A stretch of DNA of 32,000 nucleotides from Geotalea uraniireducens Rf4 (GCF_000016745.1 NC_009483.1:4020001-4052000), one strand, 5' to 3'. Shown: positions 16,968 to 25,051, numbered from the stretch's first letter. Numbers and translations are program-made. The notes: a model not told the origin generated them from the letters alone.

Positions 16968-17090
16968 TCCCCCTTTATGAAAGGGGGATTTAGGGGGATT
17001 TGCCTTTCATCGCAGCCAGGAAAATCCCCCCTTGCCCCCCTTTCTCAAAGGGGGGTAACTTCTGCAGGGGTGTTTCCGTAACACCCCTGC
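16968..17090. repeat. Cluster of G5/C5-based palindromes and GGGGGATTT repeats in the NHL-lipoprotein spacer
   Basis: Three hairpins are present: TCCCCCTTT-atg-AAAGGGGGA (16968-16988), CCCCCCTTT-ctc-AAAGGGGGG (17035-17055) and GCAGGGGTGT-ttccgta-ACACCCCTGC (17064-17090). A tandem AGGGGGATTT x2 (16982-17001) is complementary to AAAATCCCCC (17021-17030), and ATGAAAGG pairs with CCTTTCAT, so alternative pairings are possible. Confidence 0.7.
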
Positions 17091-17101
17091 CCGGGATATT
17101 T

Positions 17102-19843
17102 CTACCAATTGACCAGGCCGACTGCTTTGCGCAGGATCACCAACGCATCGCCCACGTCGATTACTCCATCGGGCGACGGTTTACCGTCGATCAACGGTGC
17201 AACATCTCCGTGAAGAAGGTCGTTGTCGGTCTGGGTCAGAAGCCCGGCAGAGATTTGCAGTGCCCTGAGGGCGTCTACGATGTCCACTTTGCCGTTGCCA
17301 TCCAGGTCGCCGTCGGGGACGTTTGCCGCAGAGGCCAGTGTTTTCGTGCTCTTGTTCCCGGCGGCATCGGTCGCCGTTATGACGAGCGTTGACGGATCAT
17401 AGCTTGCGCCGGTCAGATCCAGGCTCCACGTGCCGCTCGTCGCACTCAACGTTCCGACGTTGCCGGTCTTGTCCTTGGCCGACAAGACCGCATCAGGTTC
17501 CATTGTCCCGCCGATATGAGTCGGCATAGGACCGGAAACAGGACTCATCGTTAACCGCGGCAGGGTCGTGTCGTAGATGACGTTACGGAATGTGGTGGCG
17601 ACATTGCCGGCATTGTCGGTCGCCTTGACAGCCACTGTGTAAACGCCTTCCGTCGGCAAATCCACCGTAAAACCGTAAGCGCCGTTGCTGGGAGCTACCG
17701 GTCTCTCGACCCCGTTGATTGAGGCCGTCAGTGCAGCGCCGCTGGATGCGGTCCCGCTTATGTTCAGATTCCCCTGGCTCGTGGCGAAATCCTGACCGGG
17801 AACCGTTACTGCTACCTCCGGCCCGGCAGGTTTGCATGTGATTGTTCTTTTCATGGCAGAACTCGCGCCGCTCAAGTCGGTCACCTTTATCTCGATAGTA
17901 TTGATGCCCGGAGCCAGGTTTACCAATGCGCTCCAGTTACCCTCGCTCACCTGGGCAGTTACCCCGTTCACGAGCACTGTGTTGTTGACGCCCGCTGTAC
18001 CGCTGACAGTCAGAGTACCGGCACTCGTGACGGAGCCGTCGACAGGCGAGACGACCGTAAATAGCGGCCTTGTTGCATCGAAAACAATGGTTCTCCTGTC
18101 GGTAGTCATGTTGCCCGCCAGGTCCTTCGCAACAACGGTTATGCTATTGGCGCCGTTGTTGAGAATCACCGGCATGCTGAATGCCCCATTTACAACCATT
18201 GCCGGCTGACTATTAACCGCTACCCGGTCAAAGTGGTCGTCCACAACGCTTCCCACAATATTCTGCACCTGAAGAGAAGTCGTAATGCCATCGGCAAGGG
18301 CTGAAACGGCAAGTGTCGGCGGAGTATCGTCCAGGACGATGACGACGCTTTCCGAGGTGCTCCCTCCTCCGGTTTTAGCCGCTGTTACCGTGATCTTGTT
18401 GTCACCGGGAACGAGCCCGGATATATCGCATTTCCAGGAAGTTGCGGTCGGGTAGACAACGGTCCCGGCCACGGCGCCGGTATTGGATCCGATGCTGACC
18501 GTTGCGCCATTATTGATGGTGCCGCTGATGGTCTGACTGTTGATATTGGTCAGAGCTGTTACCGGGTTGATGACAAGTTTCGGTGCGGCCACATCGAAGG
18601 TAACGGATGCTGTTTTCTTTGTCACATTGCCGGAAGCATCCGTAGCTGTCACAGTAATACCATTCACTCCGGGCACGAGACCGGAAACAGTATAACTCCA
18701 GGTAGTTCCCGTAACGGTCGCCTTGCCGCCTATGGCTGCAACGTCGCCGGCCACGGTGACGGTCGCCCCCGCGCTTACGTTCCCGCCGATAGTAAGATTC
18801 GGTACGTTGGTGCTCGTGGGAACAGGGTTCAAGGTCAGAACAAGCTGGGTTGCACCCGGGCTTGTTCCTGCGGCATCGCCTATTCCGTATACCGTCAGAT
18901 TGCCGTATCCGTTGGCAACGATCAGTCTGCTGTTGGAGGCGTCGAAAACAGCGTCCGAAGGAGCCATCAGTTGTCCGTTGTTCGCCCCATAACTTCCGAC
19001 AAAATTAAGAAAGGCGCCGCCTCCCTGAGGGTCGATTGCCTGTAGGTTACTCTGGAAGACATCAACCACATAGATTCTCTTTACCGCAGGAACCGGGTCT
19101 TTGGTGTATTCGAAGACAACCGCCTGCGGCGACGTGAATTTCAGCGGACCTGACCCGTAAGAACCCAGTGATTTCTGATAAATGCCTTGAAGACTGAAAA
19201 ACTGCACCCGGCCGTTCAGGGTATCGGCAACCGCCAACTGGTTCGAACTCTTCTCATAGGTTATGCCGGCCGGAACCGAGAACTGGCCGGGAAGATTCCC
19301 GAACGAACCGAAACTGTTGGCAGGCTTGCCGAGAGCAGCGGAGGCCATGACGATCGGGGCGCCCTTTGTGTTGAAAACCTGAACACAGTTGTCGAGACTG
19401 TCAACCACATAGATAAAGCCGGCAGAGTCTGTCGTTACACCATTGGCCATTTTGAACTGGCCGGTCCCGATCCCCAGACGGCTGATTTCCACGCCGTTTT
19501 TGTCGACGACTGCCGCATAATTACCTTGGGTTACGACCAGGTTCCCGTCCGGCGTCAAGGCCACCCCCTGGGGTGATTTAGCGGTCTTGATGACCTGCAA
19601 AAGCTTGCCGGAGCTGCTGTATTTCAACAACCCGCCCCCCCGGGGGTCGGCCAGGTACAGGTTCCCCTGCTGGTCAATTGCAACCCTGATGGGAGAGCTG
19701 ACCCCTTCCGTCACGAGGCTCAGCGGCGTCACCTGCGGAAGGGGTGAGGCGCAGGTCGTGCCTGCCTGAAATATGCAAAAAAGCGCAGACGGGAGAACAA
19801 CGCTAATTAAATTCTTCTTAACCAATGATACCAAAAAATCCAT
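17102..19843 (-). CDS. Secreted NHL-repeat beta-propeller / Ig-like repeat / C-terminal dockerin-like protein (913 aa)
   Basis: It begins with a signal peptide. Six NHL-like blades follow (e.g. PIRVAIDQQGNLYLAD, PQGVALTPDGNLVV, ANGVTTDSAGFIYVVDSLDNCVQVF, PAGITYEKSSNQLAVADTLNGRVQFF). At least six Ig-like repeats end in motifs such as GVNGITVTATDASGN, GANSITVVAKDLAGN and GVYTVAVKATDNAGN. The C-terminal pair of Ca-binding-type loops is DGDLDGNGKVDIVDALRALQ and GDVAPLIDGKPSPDGVIDVGDALVILR. Confidence 0.85.
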   Translation of the reverse strand: MDFLVSLVKKNLISVVLPSALFCIFQAGTTCASPLPQVTPLSLVTEGVSSPIRVAIDQQGNLYLADPRGGGLLKYSSSGKLLQVIKTAKSPQGVALTPDGNLVVTQGNYAAVVDKNGVEISRLGIGTGQFKMANGVTTDSAGFIYVVDSLDNCVQVFNTKGAPIVMASAALGKPANSFGSFGNLPGQFSVPAGITYEKSSNQLAVADTLNGRVQFFSLQGIYQKSLGSYGSGPLKFTSPQAVVFEYTKDPVPAVKRIYVVDVFQSNLQAIDPQGGGAFLNFVGSYGANNGQLMAPSDAVFDASNSRLIVANGYGNLTVYGIGDAAGTSPGATQLVLTLNPVPTSTNVPNLTIGGNVSAGATVTVAGDVAAIGGKATVTGTTWSYTVSGLVPGVNGITVTATDASGNVTKKTASVTFDVAAPKLVINPVTALTNINSQTISGTINNGATVSIGSNTGAVAGTVVYPTATSWKCDISGLVPGDNKITVTAAKTGGGSTSESVVIVLDDTPPTLAVSALADGITTSLQVQNIVGSVVDDHFDRVAVNSQPAMVVNGAFSMPVILNNGANSITVVAKDLAGNMTTDRRTIVFDATRPLFTVVSPVDGSVTSAGTLTVSGTAGVNNTVLVNGVTAQVSEGNWSALVNLAPGINTIEIKVTDLSGASSAMKRTITCKPAGPEVAVTVPGQDFATSQGNLNISGTASSGAALTASINGVERPVAPSNGAYGFTVDLPTEGVYTVAVKATDNAGNVATTFRNVIYDTTLPRLTMSPVSGPMPTHIGGTMEPDAVLSAKDKTGNVGTLSATSGTWSLDLTGASYDPSTLVITATDAAGNKSTKTLASAANVPDGDLDGNGKVDIVDALRALQISAGLLTQTDNDLLHGDVAPLIDGKPSPDGVIDVGDALVILRKAVGLVNW

Positions 19844-20192
19844 GGTTGTACAGACCTCCGAAATTTTTTCAGTCGTTACAAACTTTTGTTTTATATGAGT
19901 TATCTTGCGGCACGGGAGGCGATGCTATGCGCACTTTGCTGTCAGCGTTAAGGTTGTCCAAAGATAAAAAAGCATCAAATGAGGAAGGAATGCGGGGGGA
20001 TGCACCTGAATTACGACACTCGGTAACATTTTGGTATCATAACAGGAACAAAGTAGTTATATATGTGATGCGCGTCACATTTATACTGTTCCTTCAAATG
20101 TAAATGGCTGAAAAATCTGGAATACCGGGAATGGACAAGTTGTCTGGCAGGGTTTCACGTTACCTCGAACATCAAAAGAGTGTCTGAAAGAA

Positions 20193-20201
20193 TGGTATAA
20201 T
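20193..20201 (+). promoter_or_regulatory. Extended -10 promoter element (TGGTATAAT)
   Basis: A perfect TGnTATAAT lies at 20193-20201, about 145 nt upstream of the OMP gene start. The -35 is weak. There is no transcript evidence. Confidence 0.4.
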
Positions 20202-20347
20202 AATCGTTATAGGTCAGTGATGGTAATCACAAACTCAACCGAAGACCGGCCAGCGGCGGCGGGAAGTAAACCAAAAACGGCGATCTGCGTTTATATGGAT
20301 AATACGCCGTCTACTTCAACGGTCCGTCAAGAAAAGGAGGAGTGCCC

Positions 20348-21022
20348 ATGAAAAGGAACCTTATCGTTATTGCCGCTCTCGTAACCACCCTAGCATTACC
20401 CGCCGTCTGCCCGGCGGCCCCCGCACGCCCGGGCGCCTATGTGTCCGGCTTCCTCGGCGTGAATGTCCCCAGAGACGCCGACGTGACCGGCACCGACTTT
20501 TTGATAGGCGCGGACATCGATGAGCGGGTTGCGTTCGATCCCGGCCTCAATATTGGCGGGACCGGCGGTTACGACTTCGGCATCATCCGCCTGGAGGGAG
20601 AGCTTTCATACAAGCATGCAGAAATGAAGTCGATCACCGAACGGGCCAGCGGGACCCGGTTCAGCGATGTGGACGGCAACCTCGGGGTGCTGGCCATGAT
20701 GTTCAACGGCTTCTTCGACCTGCACAACAGCACCCCGGTCACCCCGTACTGGGGCGGAGGCATCGGTTTCGCCGCCATGCACCTGAGTGATACCTTCGTT
20801 TCCGGCGATCCGATTCCGTTTTACCAGGAAGACGACGACACCGTCTTTGCCTACCAGGCCGGCGCCGGCCTGGAGATCGCCCTCAACCGGCAGTTCTCGC
20901 TGGATCTGGGTTACCGTTACTTCGGCACAGCCAGTGCCACGTTCGGCTTAGACAAAGACATCACGACAGATCTGAAATACGAAAGCCACAATGCATCGGT
21001 AGGGTTCAGGGTGAAATTCTGA
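20348..21022 (+). CDS. Small outer-membrane beta-barrel protein (OmpA-like/OMP_b-brl type)
   Basis: AAGGAGG lies 7 nt upstream of ATG 20348, followed by a signal peptide. It has alternating amphipathic strands, GGGIGF and AYQAGAGLEIAL motifs, and a C-terminal ...NASVGFRVKF ending in Phe. Confidence 0.8.
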   Translation: MKRNLIVIAALVTTLALPAVCPAAPARPGAYVSGFLGVNVPRDADVTGTDFLIGADIDERVAFDPGLNIGGTGGYDFGIIRLEGELSYKHAEMKSITERASGTRFSDVDGNLGVLAMMFNGFFDLHNSTPVTPYWGGGIGFAAMHLSDTFVSGDPIPFYQEDDDTVFAYQAGAGLEIALNRQFSLDLGYRYFGTASATFGLDKDITTDLKYESHNASVGFRVKF

Positions 21023-21046
21023 CCGCAGTTTTTCCGCAAAAGATGC

Positions 21047-21076
21047 AAAGCCGCTGCCATTTCCGGCAGCGGCTTT
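21047..21076 (+). terminator. Rho-independent-type terminator after the OMP gene
   Basis: AAAGCCGCTGCC-atttcc-GGCAGCGGCTTT forms a 12-bp stem and ends in TTT. Confidence 0.6.
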
Positions 21077-21507
21077 GTCCTGCAAAGAGCCATCACTCGT
21101 CACGTCCCGTATTATAAACATTACTGCAACCAGCCTGGGATCTGCATAATTATCACCTGACTAATCAACCCCTGCCGGCAATATTATAACCATTGACTCT
21201 GCCTTTGCTCCTTTATCATAAAATCGTCCTGTGACTTTCAGCCCGTGATTATTCAGGCCAAAACGCCGAATATTATTCGTTTTTGCCGCGAGACCTTGAA
21301 AAACTTTTTTTCCGCAGTAGAATTAGACAGCGCTAACACGATTACGATCCGGCAGACAAGCTTGTTTCTTTATGTATTGGAAATCAGACTTCAACAAAGG
21401 AAAAATCCCCTGCAAACCATCATGAAGCCGTTGTGCCCGCGATCAATCCGGATGCTCGAATAAAATGAGCGCCAGGAGATGGCAACAACAAGAAAGGGAA
21501 GACAACC

Positions 21508-21741
21508 ATGATAAAAAAGTGCCTGGTTCTTTCGATTGTCTGGATAATTCTCCTCTCCCTGACAAGCATCAGGGCGCCCCTTGCTCAAAAGTATAAAGGC
21601 CCGGCAGCAGATGGTCCGGACAAGAACATTCAACCGCGAGAGGAAACTGTTATTGACAGAAGCTCTGTAATATTGCGCCACATAGCCCAGGCCCGTACGA
21701 AGATCCACGAAAATAATGGAGGTGGAACTGCCCATCCTTGA
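21508..21741 (+). CDS. Hypothetical small secreted protein (77 aa)
   Basis: AAGGGAAG lies upstream. An N-terminal hydrophobic signal-like segment is present (MIKKCLVLSIVWIILLSLTSIRAPLA). I recognise no family, and it may continue by frameshift into ORF 21716-22033. Confidence 0.4.
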   Translation: MIKKCLVLSIVWIILLSLTSIRAPLAQKYKGPAADGPDKNIQPREETVIDRSSVILRHIAQARTKIHENNGGGTAHP

Positions 21742-21902
21742 AACAGAAAAATACAGCATCAAAGCCAAAGAATATCTGGACGACAAGAATGCCGACAAAG
21801 CGAGCAGAAAGAATAAATCAGAGAGAACCGTTTCCGGATGGAAACTAGTTGTTTCCGATTCGGAAAGTGGGGATTTTATTCCAGACGAAGGGGGTTATGA
21901 CC

Positions 21903-22112
21903 ATGCTGATCAGGGTTATCTATCGCGATGCAAGTGTGGACCTTGTCAATTCGTCTTCACTCGCCCACTTGATAAAAAAGCAGGAGATTGTGGCATTCTG
22001 CAGGTCAGATGGATGGATTATGATAGATCGTGATCCCGTACGAAAAAGAAAGCGCCAGTTTGTAGGGCCTGGCAGAAGAGCAACCGACCTTGCCTCCGAT
22101 TATTACGGATGA
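21903..22112 (+). CDS. Small conserved protein (69 aa) of the M.I.V.Y.D...D.V....L..LI....I..F.RS.GW..I..DP.R type
   Basis: MLIRVIYRDASVDLVNSSSLAHLIKKQEIVAFCRSDGWIMIDRDPVRKRKRQFVGPGRRATD matches a small-protein family I recall as common in Geobacter and relatives (I believe it is labelled the GSU3473 family; unverified). A GGGGG Shine-Dalgarno sequence lies 8 nt upstream of ATG 21903. Confidence 0.6.
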   Translation: MLIRVIYRDASVDLVNSSSLAHLIKKQEIVAFCRSDGWIMIDRDPVRKRKRQFVGPGRRATDLASDYYG

Positions 22113-22210
22113 TGGCAATGCATGCGCCGTCAACCGGCAGAAAGGGATCGATAAAATCCAGGAAGTTGCATGGGGCGGGTAAAGATGGCGTAAAGCCGGG
22201 GGAATACGAA

Positions 22211-22241
22211 ACAGGGGCGGGTTGATAACATCCGCCCCTGT
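22211..22241. terminator. Bidirectional stem-loop between convergent genes
   Basis: ACAGGGGCGG-gttgataacat-CCGCCCCTGT forms a 10-bp GC-rich stem. T-rich sequence follows in both orientations. Confidence 0.55.
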
Positions 22242-22271
22242 TGTTCTAACAATCAACTGCCGGAAATAACA

Positions 22272-22955
22272 TCAATTTTTGACGATGTACTTGATGCTTG
22301 AATCCGTTGCCTCTACCACTTCGATCATGACGTTCTTTACATTAAGCATATTAACGGAGGTAATCTCGTAACTTAACCCTTGTGACACCGAAGGTTGTTT
22401 CTGATTGCCGACGAATTCCTGATAGGTAAGGTTTATCGTGGAATCGGTCTTCCCGTTGTAGATGAGTTGCTCCTTGTAAGAATCCTGCAACGGGACCTCA
22501 ATTGCTGAAAAAAGGCCGTGGAGGCGGTTTCGTTGTTCGGAAACCCGACGGGTATCGGCATAGTACAGACCATGGAATTCTCCCCACGGCTTAATAACGA
22601 AAATCGGCAGTTTGTCCGTTACCGGCGCCCCGGTGTCCGTAAGCACATCTTTCTGGGTTATCTCCGGATTGCTGCAAAGATAATCCCCGCCTTCCAGCAT
22701 GCCGCTGCACATCCAGATTGCCCCCCTTTTCACCGCTGGAAACACCAGGTTGTCCATTTCCGGCAAATAATAATTTGCCGTAGCGATAAAGCCCGGGAGC
22801 ACTTTCAACAGTCCCTTTTCGAACATCGGTTCACCAACAGACCTTGTCTGAACAACCCCCGAAACTAAGGTGTTGATGTTTTTCTCCGTCGGTTTGACCG
22901 TGGTAGCACAGCCAAACATGAGCAGACCCATAAGAATCACGGCAATATTTCTCAT
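22272..22955 (-). CDS. Lipoprotein of unknown function (227 aa)
   Basis: I set the start at ATG 22955, which has AGGAGG 6 nt upstream. The lipobox is LLMFGC. I recognise no family. Confidence 0.7.
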   Translation of the reverse strand: MRNIAVILMGLLMFGCATTVKPTEKNINTLVSGVVQTRSVGEPMFEKGLLKVLPGFIATANYYLPEMDNLVFPAVKRGAIWMCSGMLEGGDYLCSNPEITQKDVLTDTGAPVTDKLPIFVIKPWGEFHGLYYADTRRVSEQRNRLHGLFSAIEVPLQDSYKEQLIYNGKTDSTINLTYQEFVGNQKQPSVSQGLSYEITSVNMLNVKNVMIEVVEATDSSIKYIVKN

Positions 22956-23268
22956 TCTCAGCCTCCTCATAATATCCCCCTTGCTTTCCGGTCACTGGCC
23001 GTTGCACGGAACATGCTATAAACTTGCAATCTGCTGCCTGGGATGGAACATGTCCCATTATAATTTTAAAATACTTTAATACCACGATGCTTGCAAAAAA
23101 TTTGCCCATTTACAATATGGCTACAGAAGTACTTCTACATATTACAGGATTTTCTGCGATGGTGAAAAGACCGGGTGTTGAAAAATTAGCTGCCATAAAA
23201 CAAAAGACCCCGCTGGTCATGAAAACCCGCGGAGCCTTGACAGCAAATTGTTTGTGTTTATCAAATAC

Positions 23269-23475
23269 TTACTCGGCCTTCTCGGGAAAAGCAACCCGAC
23301 TGGACAGTGAATCCACGTAATCCGTCTGTAAACCAGGCACCCTTTTCATATTCCCGGAGTTTTCAATCAACCCTGCCTCCGCAAAATGCCCCTCCAGCTT
23401 GGCGATCAAATCTTTCTCCAGAAGATTTTCTGACTTTCTGTAGTCGTTCAAATAGAAGACTCTAGCTTTAGCCAT
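23269..23475 (-). CDS. Hypothetical protein (68 aa; possibly 118 aa from GTG 23625)
   Basis: GGGAGAG lies 5 nt upstream of ATG 23475 (MAKARVFYLNDYRKSENLLEKDLIAKLEGHFAEAGL...). I recognise no family. Confidence 0.4.
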   Translation of the reverse strand: MAKARVFYLNDYRKSENLLEKDLIAKLEGHFAEAGLIENSGNMKRVPGLQTDYVDSLSSRVAFPEKAE

Positions 23476-23693
23476 TGCCACTCTCCCATAAAGAACATCA
23501 AATTCATTTTCGAAGATCCGTTCCGGCGAATAAACTTGTAATCTTATCGGCAACCATGTGAAGTTCTTGACATATTTGAGATAAAAATGCCCGGCCCGGA
23601 TCAATTTTTTCCCGAATGACCGCACTGATTGAACTTCTCAGGCATTATTTAATTGACTTCCTCCCTCGCAATGTTTTAATCATGTCCATGCAC

Positions 23694-23791
23694 GGAAGCA
23701 CGTCGGTCGCTGGTGGGCCGCCCGGTCTTCAAAACCGGTGGGGGGGATGAGAAATCTCCCCGGTGGGTTCGATTCCCATGTGCTTCCGCCA
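23694..23791 (+). tRNA. selC: tRNA-Sec (selenocysteine, anticodon TCA)
   Basis: The 98-nt gene has an 8-bp acceptor stem (GGAAGCAC / GTGCTTCC) and an anticodon arm CCGGT-CTTCAAA-ACCGG with anticodon TCA. It also has a long variable arm (GGGGGGAT-gagaa-ATCTCCCC), a T arm GTGGG-TTCGATT-CCCAT, discriminator G and an encoded CCA. The architecture parallels E. coli selC (GGAAGATCGTCG...CTTCAAA...TTCGACTCC...GATCTTCCGCCA, from memory). Confidence 0.9.
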
Positions 23792-23882
23792 ATTACAACT
23801 TTATACTGTCCGATATAGCCCACCTCTATCCACTGCCCCTCCCGATCACGGGGAGAAACGCCCCCAAATTGCCAGATTTCAC

Positions 23883-23912
23883 TTGACGCCGTATCACTCA
23901 CTGATACATTAT
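23883..23912 (+). promoter_or_regulatory. Putative promoter with operator palindrome for the toxin/XRE-antitoxin pair
   Basis: TTGACG (23883-23888) is followed after 18 nt by CATTAT (23907-12). The palindrome GTATCA-ctcac-TGATAC (23891-23907) sits in the spacer. ATG 23918 follows 5 nt after the -10, so the leader is very short. Confidence 0.45.
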
Positions 23913-23917
23913 AAGCT

Positions 23918-24197
23918 ATGGCATGGATTGTTGTATATGGCCGCAAGGCGGCGAAATTGCGTGAAAAGCTGCCGGAACGTGTAAAAGCCGTCCTTGACGC
24001 TCTTATCAATTGACATACGCGCCACGGGACCGGTACGCGGCGACTGGCCCCACTACTCAAAACTATCCGACGGGTCGCACCATTGCCACTTGAAAAAAGG
24101 GCAACCGACATATGTTGCCGTCTGGCGGGTACAAGACAACGAAATTCATATTGTGGAGTTTACTTATGTTGGCACACACGAAAAAGCACCCTACTGA
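23918..24197 (+). pseudogene. RelE/HigB-like mRNA-interferase toxin disrupted by a +1 frameshift
   Basis: Frame 1 reads MAWIVVYGRKAAKLREKLPERVKAVLDALIN* (stop 24011-24013). The +1 frame continues ..IDIRATGPVRGDWPHYSKLSDGSHHCHLKKGQPTYVAVWRVQDNEIHIVEFTYVGTHEKAPY*. Together they make one RelE-family-like protein. Removing one T from the AATT at 24008-24011 restores the frame (..ALINDIRATGP..). Confidence 0.6.
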
Positions 24198-24516
24198 AAG
24201 CATCCGTCTTATCGGCTCCCCCGATGTCATAAGTCGTCTGCGAAAATATGCCCTCAAAGTCGGCGCCGACATCATCGAGGCGGCGAACAGCATCCCCGCG
24301 TCCGACATCTCGCCGGAACTGGACACCAATCCCGGCGGGGTGTATCTGCGCGGCATCCGCCTTCGCGAAGAGATGACACAGGAAGACCTGGCAAAGTTGA
24401 CGGGCATCCCTCGTGCCAACATCAGCGCCATGGAACATGGCAAACGGCCCATCGGCAAGGAGACGGCAAAGAAGCTGGCAACCGTCTTGCACTGCGACTA
24501 TCGCCGGTTTCTTTAA
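24166..24516 (+). CDS. XRE-family HTH antitoxin (HigA-like), 116 aa
   Basis: GGAG lies 7 nt upstream of ATG 24166, and the gene overlaps the toxin 3' end by 32 nt. The C-terminal Cro/C1 HTH reads LRGIRLREEMTQEDLAKLTGIPRANISAMEHGKRPIGKETAKKLATVL. Confidence 0.8.
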   Translation: MLAHTKKHPTESIRLIGSPDVISRLRKYALKVGADIIEAANSIPASDISPELDTNPGGVYLRGIRLREEMTQEDLAKLTGIPRANISAMEHGKRPIGKETAKKLATVLHCDYRRFL

Positions 24517-24711
24517 ATGCCGGAGTTTTTTTGACTCCCAAACCGACCGAAAAAGGGATAAGGAAAAACTTTTCAGGGGAACTTTAGGGGTAACACGCAA
24601 AATTCACATCCATATTGTCTTGCAAAAAAACAGCACGTTGAAAGCTTAATTGGCTTCCCATGTGCTCAGTGCAGACGCTTCCCTTATGCTTTGCTTTGTG
24701 GAGGCCAATCC

Positions 24712-24969
24712 GTGAGTCCCACTGTATTCAGGGAAGGCAGTTTCCGGTTTTACTTTTTCTCCCTTGAGGAGTCGCGAATGCATATCCACGTGCTGTTTGT
24801 CGAGTTGTTCGGAAAGAGGTAAGGGCACTTTCTCGATTTTGTCTATTGCATAGACCCTTCAGCTTCTCCCAACGAACTGCTGGCCATTTTCACAACAATC
24901 GCAAAGAAGTTAAAGCTGAACGCTGATTTTCATAATTCAACCTTCATCCTTATTGTTAATCGTCCTTGA
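24712..24969 (+). pseudogene. DUF4160-like gene with an in-frame TAA stop at 24820
   Basis: From GTG 24712 the frame reads (M)SPTVFREGSFRFYFFSLEESRMHIHVLFVELFGKR*GHFLDFVYCIDPSASPNELLAIFTTIAKKLKLN...*. The N-terminus matches the DUF4160 signature (..GGYRFFFFSNE...PHIHV). The whole 86-codon frame has typical DUF4160 length. The listed minus ORF 24646-24828 is its antisense artefact. Confidence 0.45.
24833..24867 (+). repeat. 35-bp exact direct repeat R1, copy a (identical to 26742-26776)
   Basis: TCGATTTTGTCTATTGCATAGACCCTTCAGCTTCT is present at both sites. In both it encodes (I)DFVYCIDPSAS inside a DUF4160-like frame. Confidence 0.9.
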
Positions 24970-25051
24970 CGATGCCGCCTCCAGGGGTGTATGTATGTGA
25001 GTAATTTTTTATGGAGTGCCCTGGAGGGGTGATGGGATGTCGGAGTGCAGG

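Noticed and set aside
19844-20103. A 92-aa plus ORF and a GGCACG...TGC motif in the divergent promoter region
   Set aside because: The ORF has no Shine-Dalgarno sequence and its composition is typical of AT-rich intergenic DNA. The GG/GC spacing does not fit a sigma-54 promoter.
23680-24111. A 143-aa minus-strand ORF spanning selC and the toxin gene
   Set aside because: It overlaps a well-formed tRNA-Sec and runs antisense to the RelE-like frames. It has no Shine-Dalgarno sequence and no recognisable motifs.
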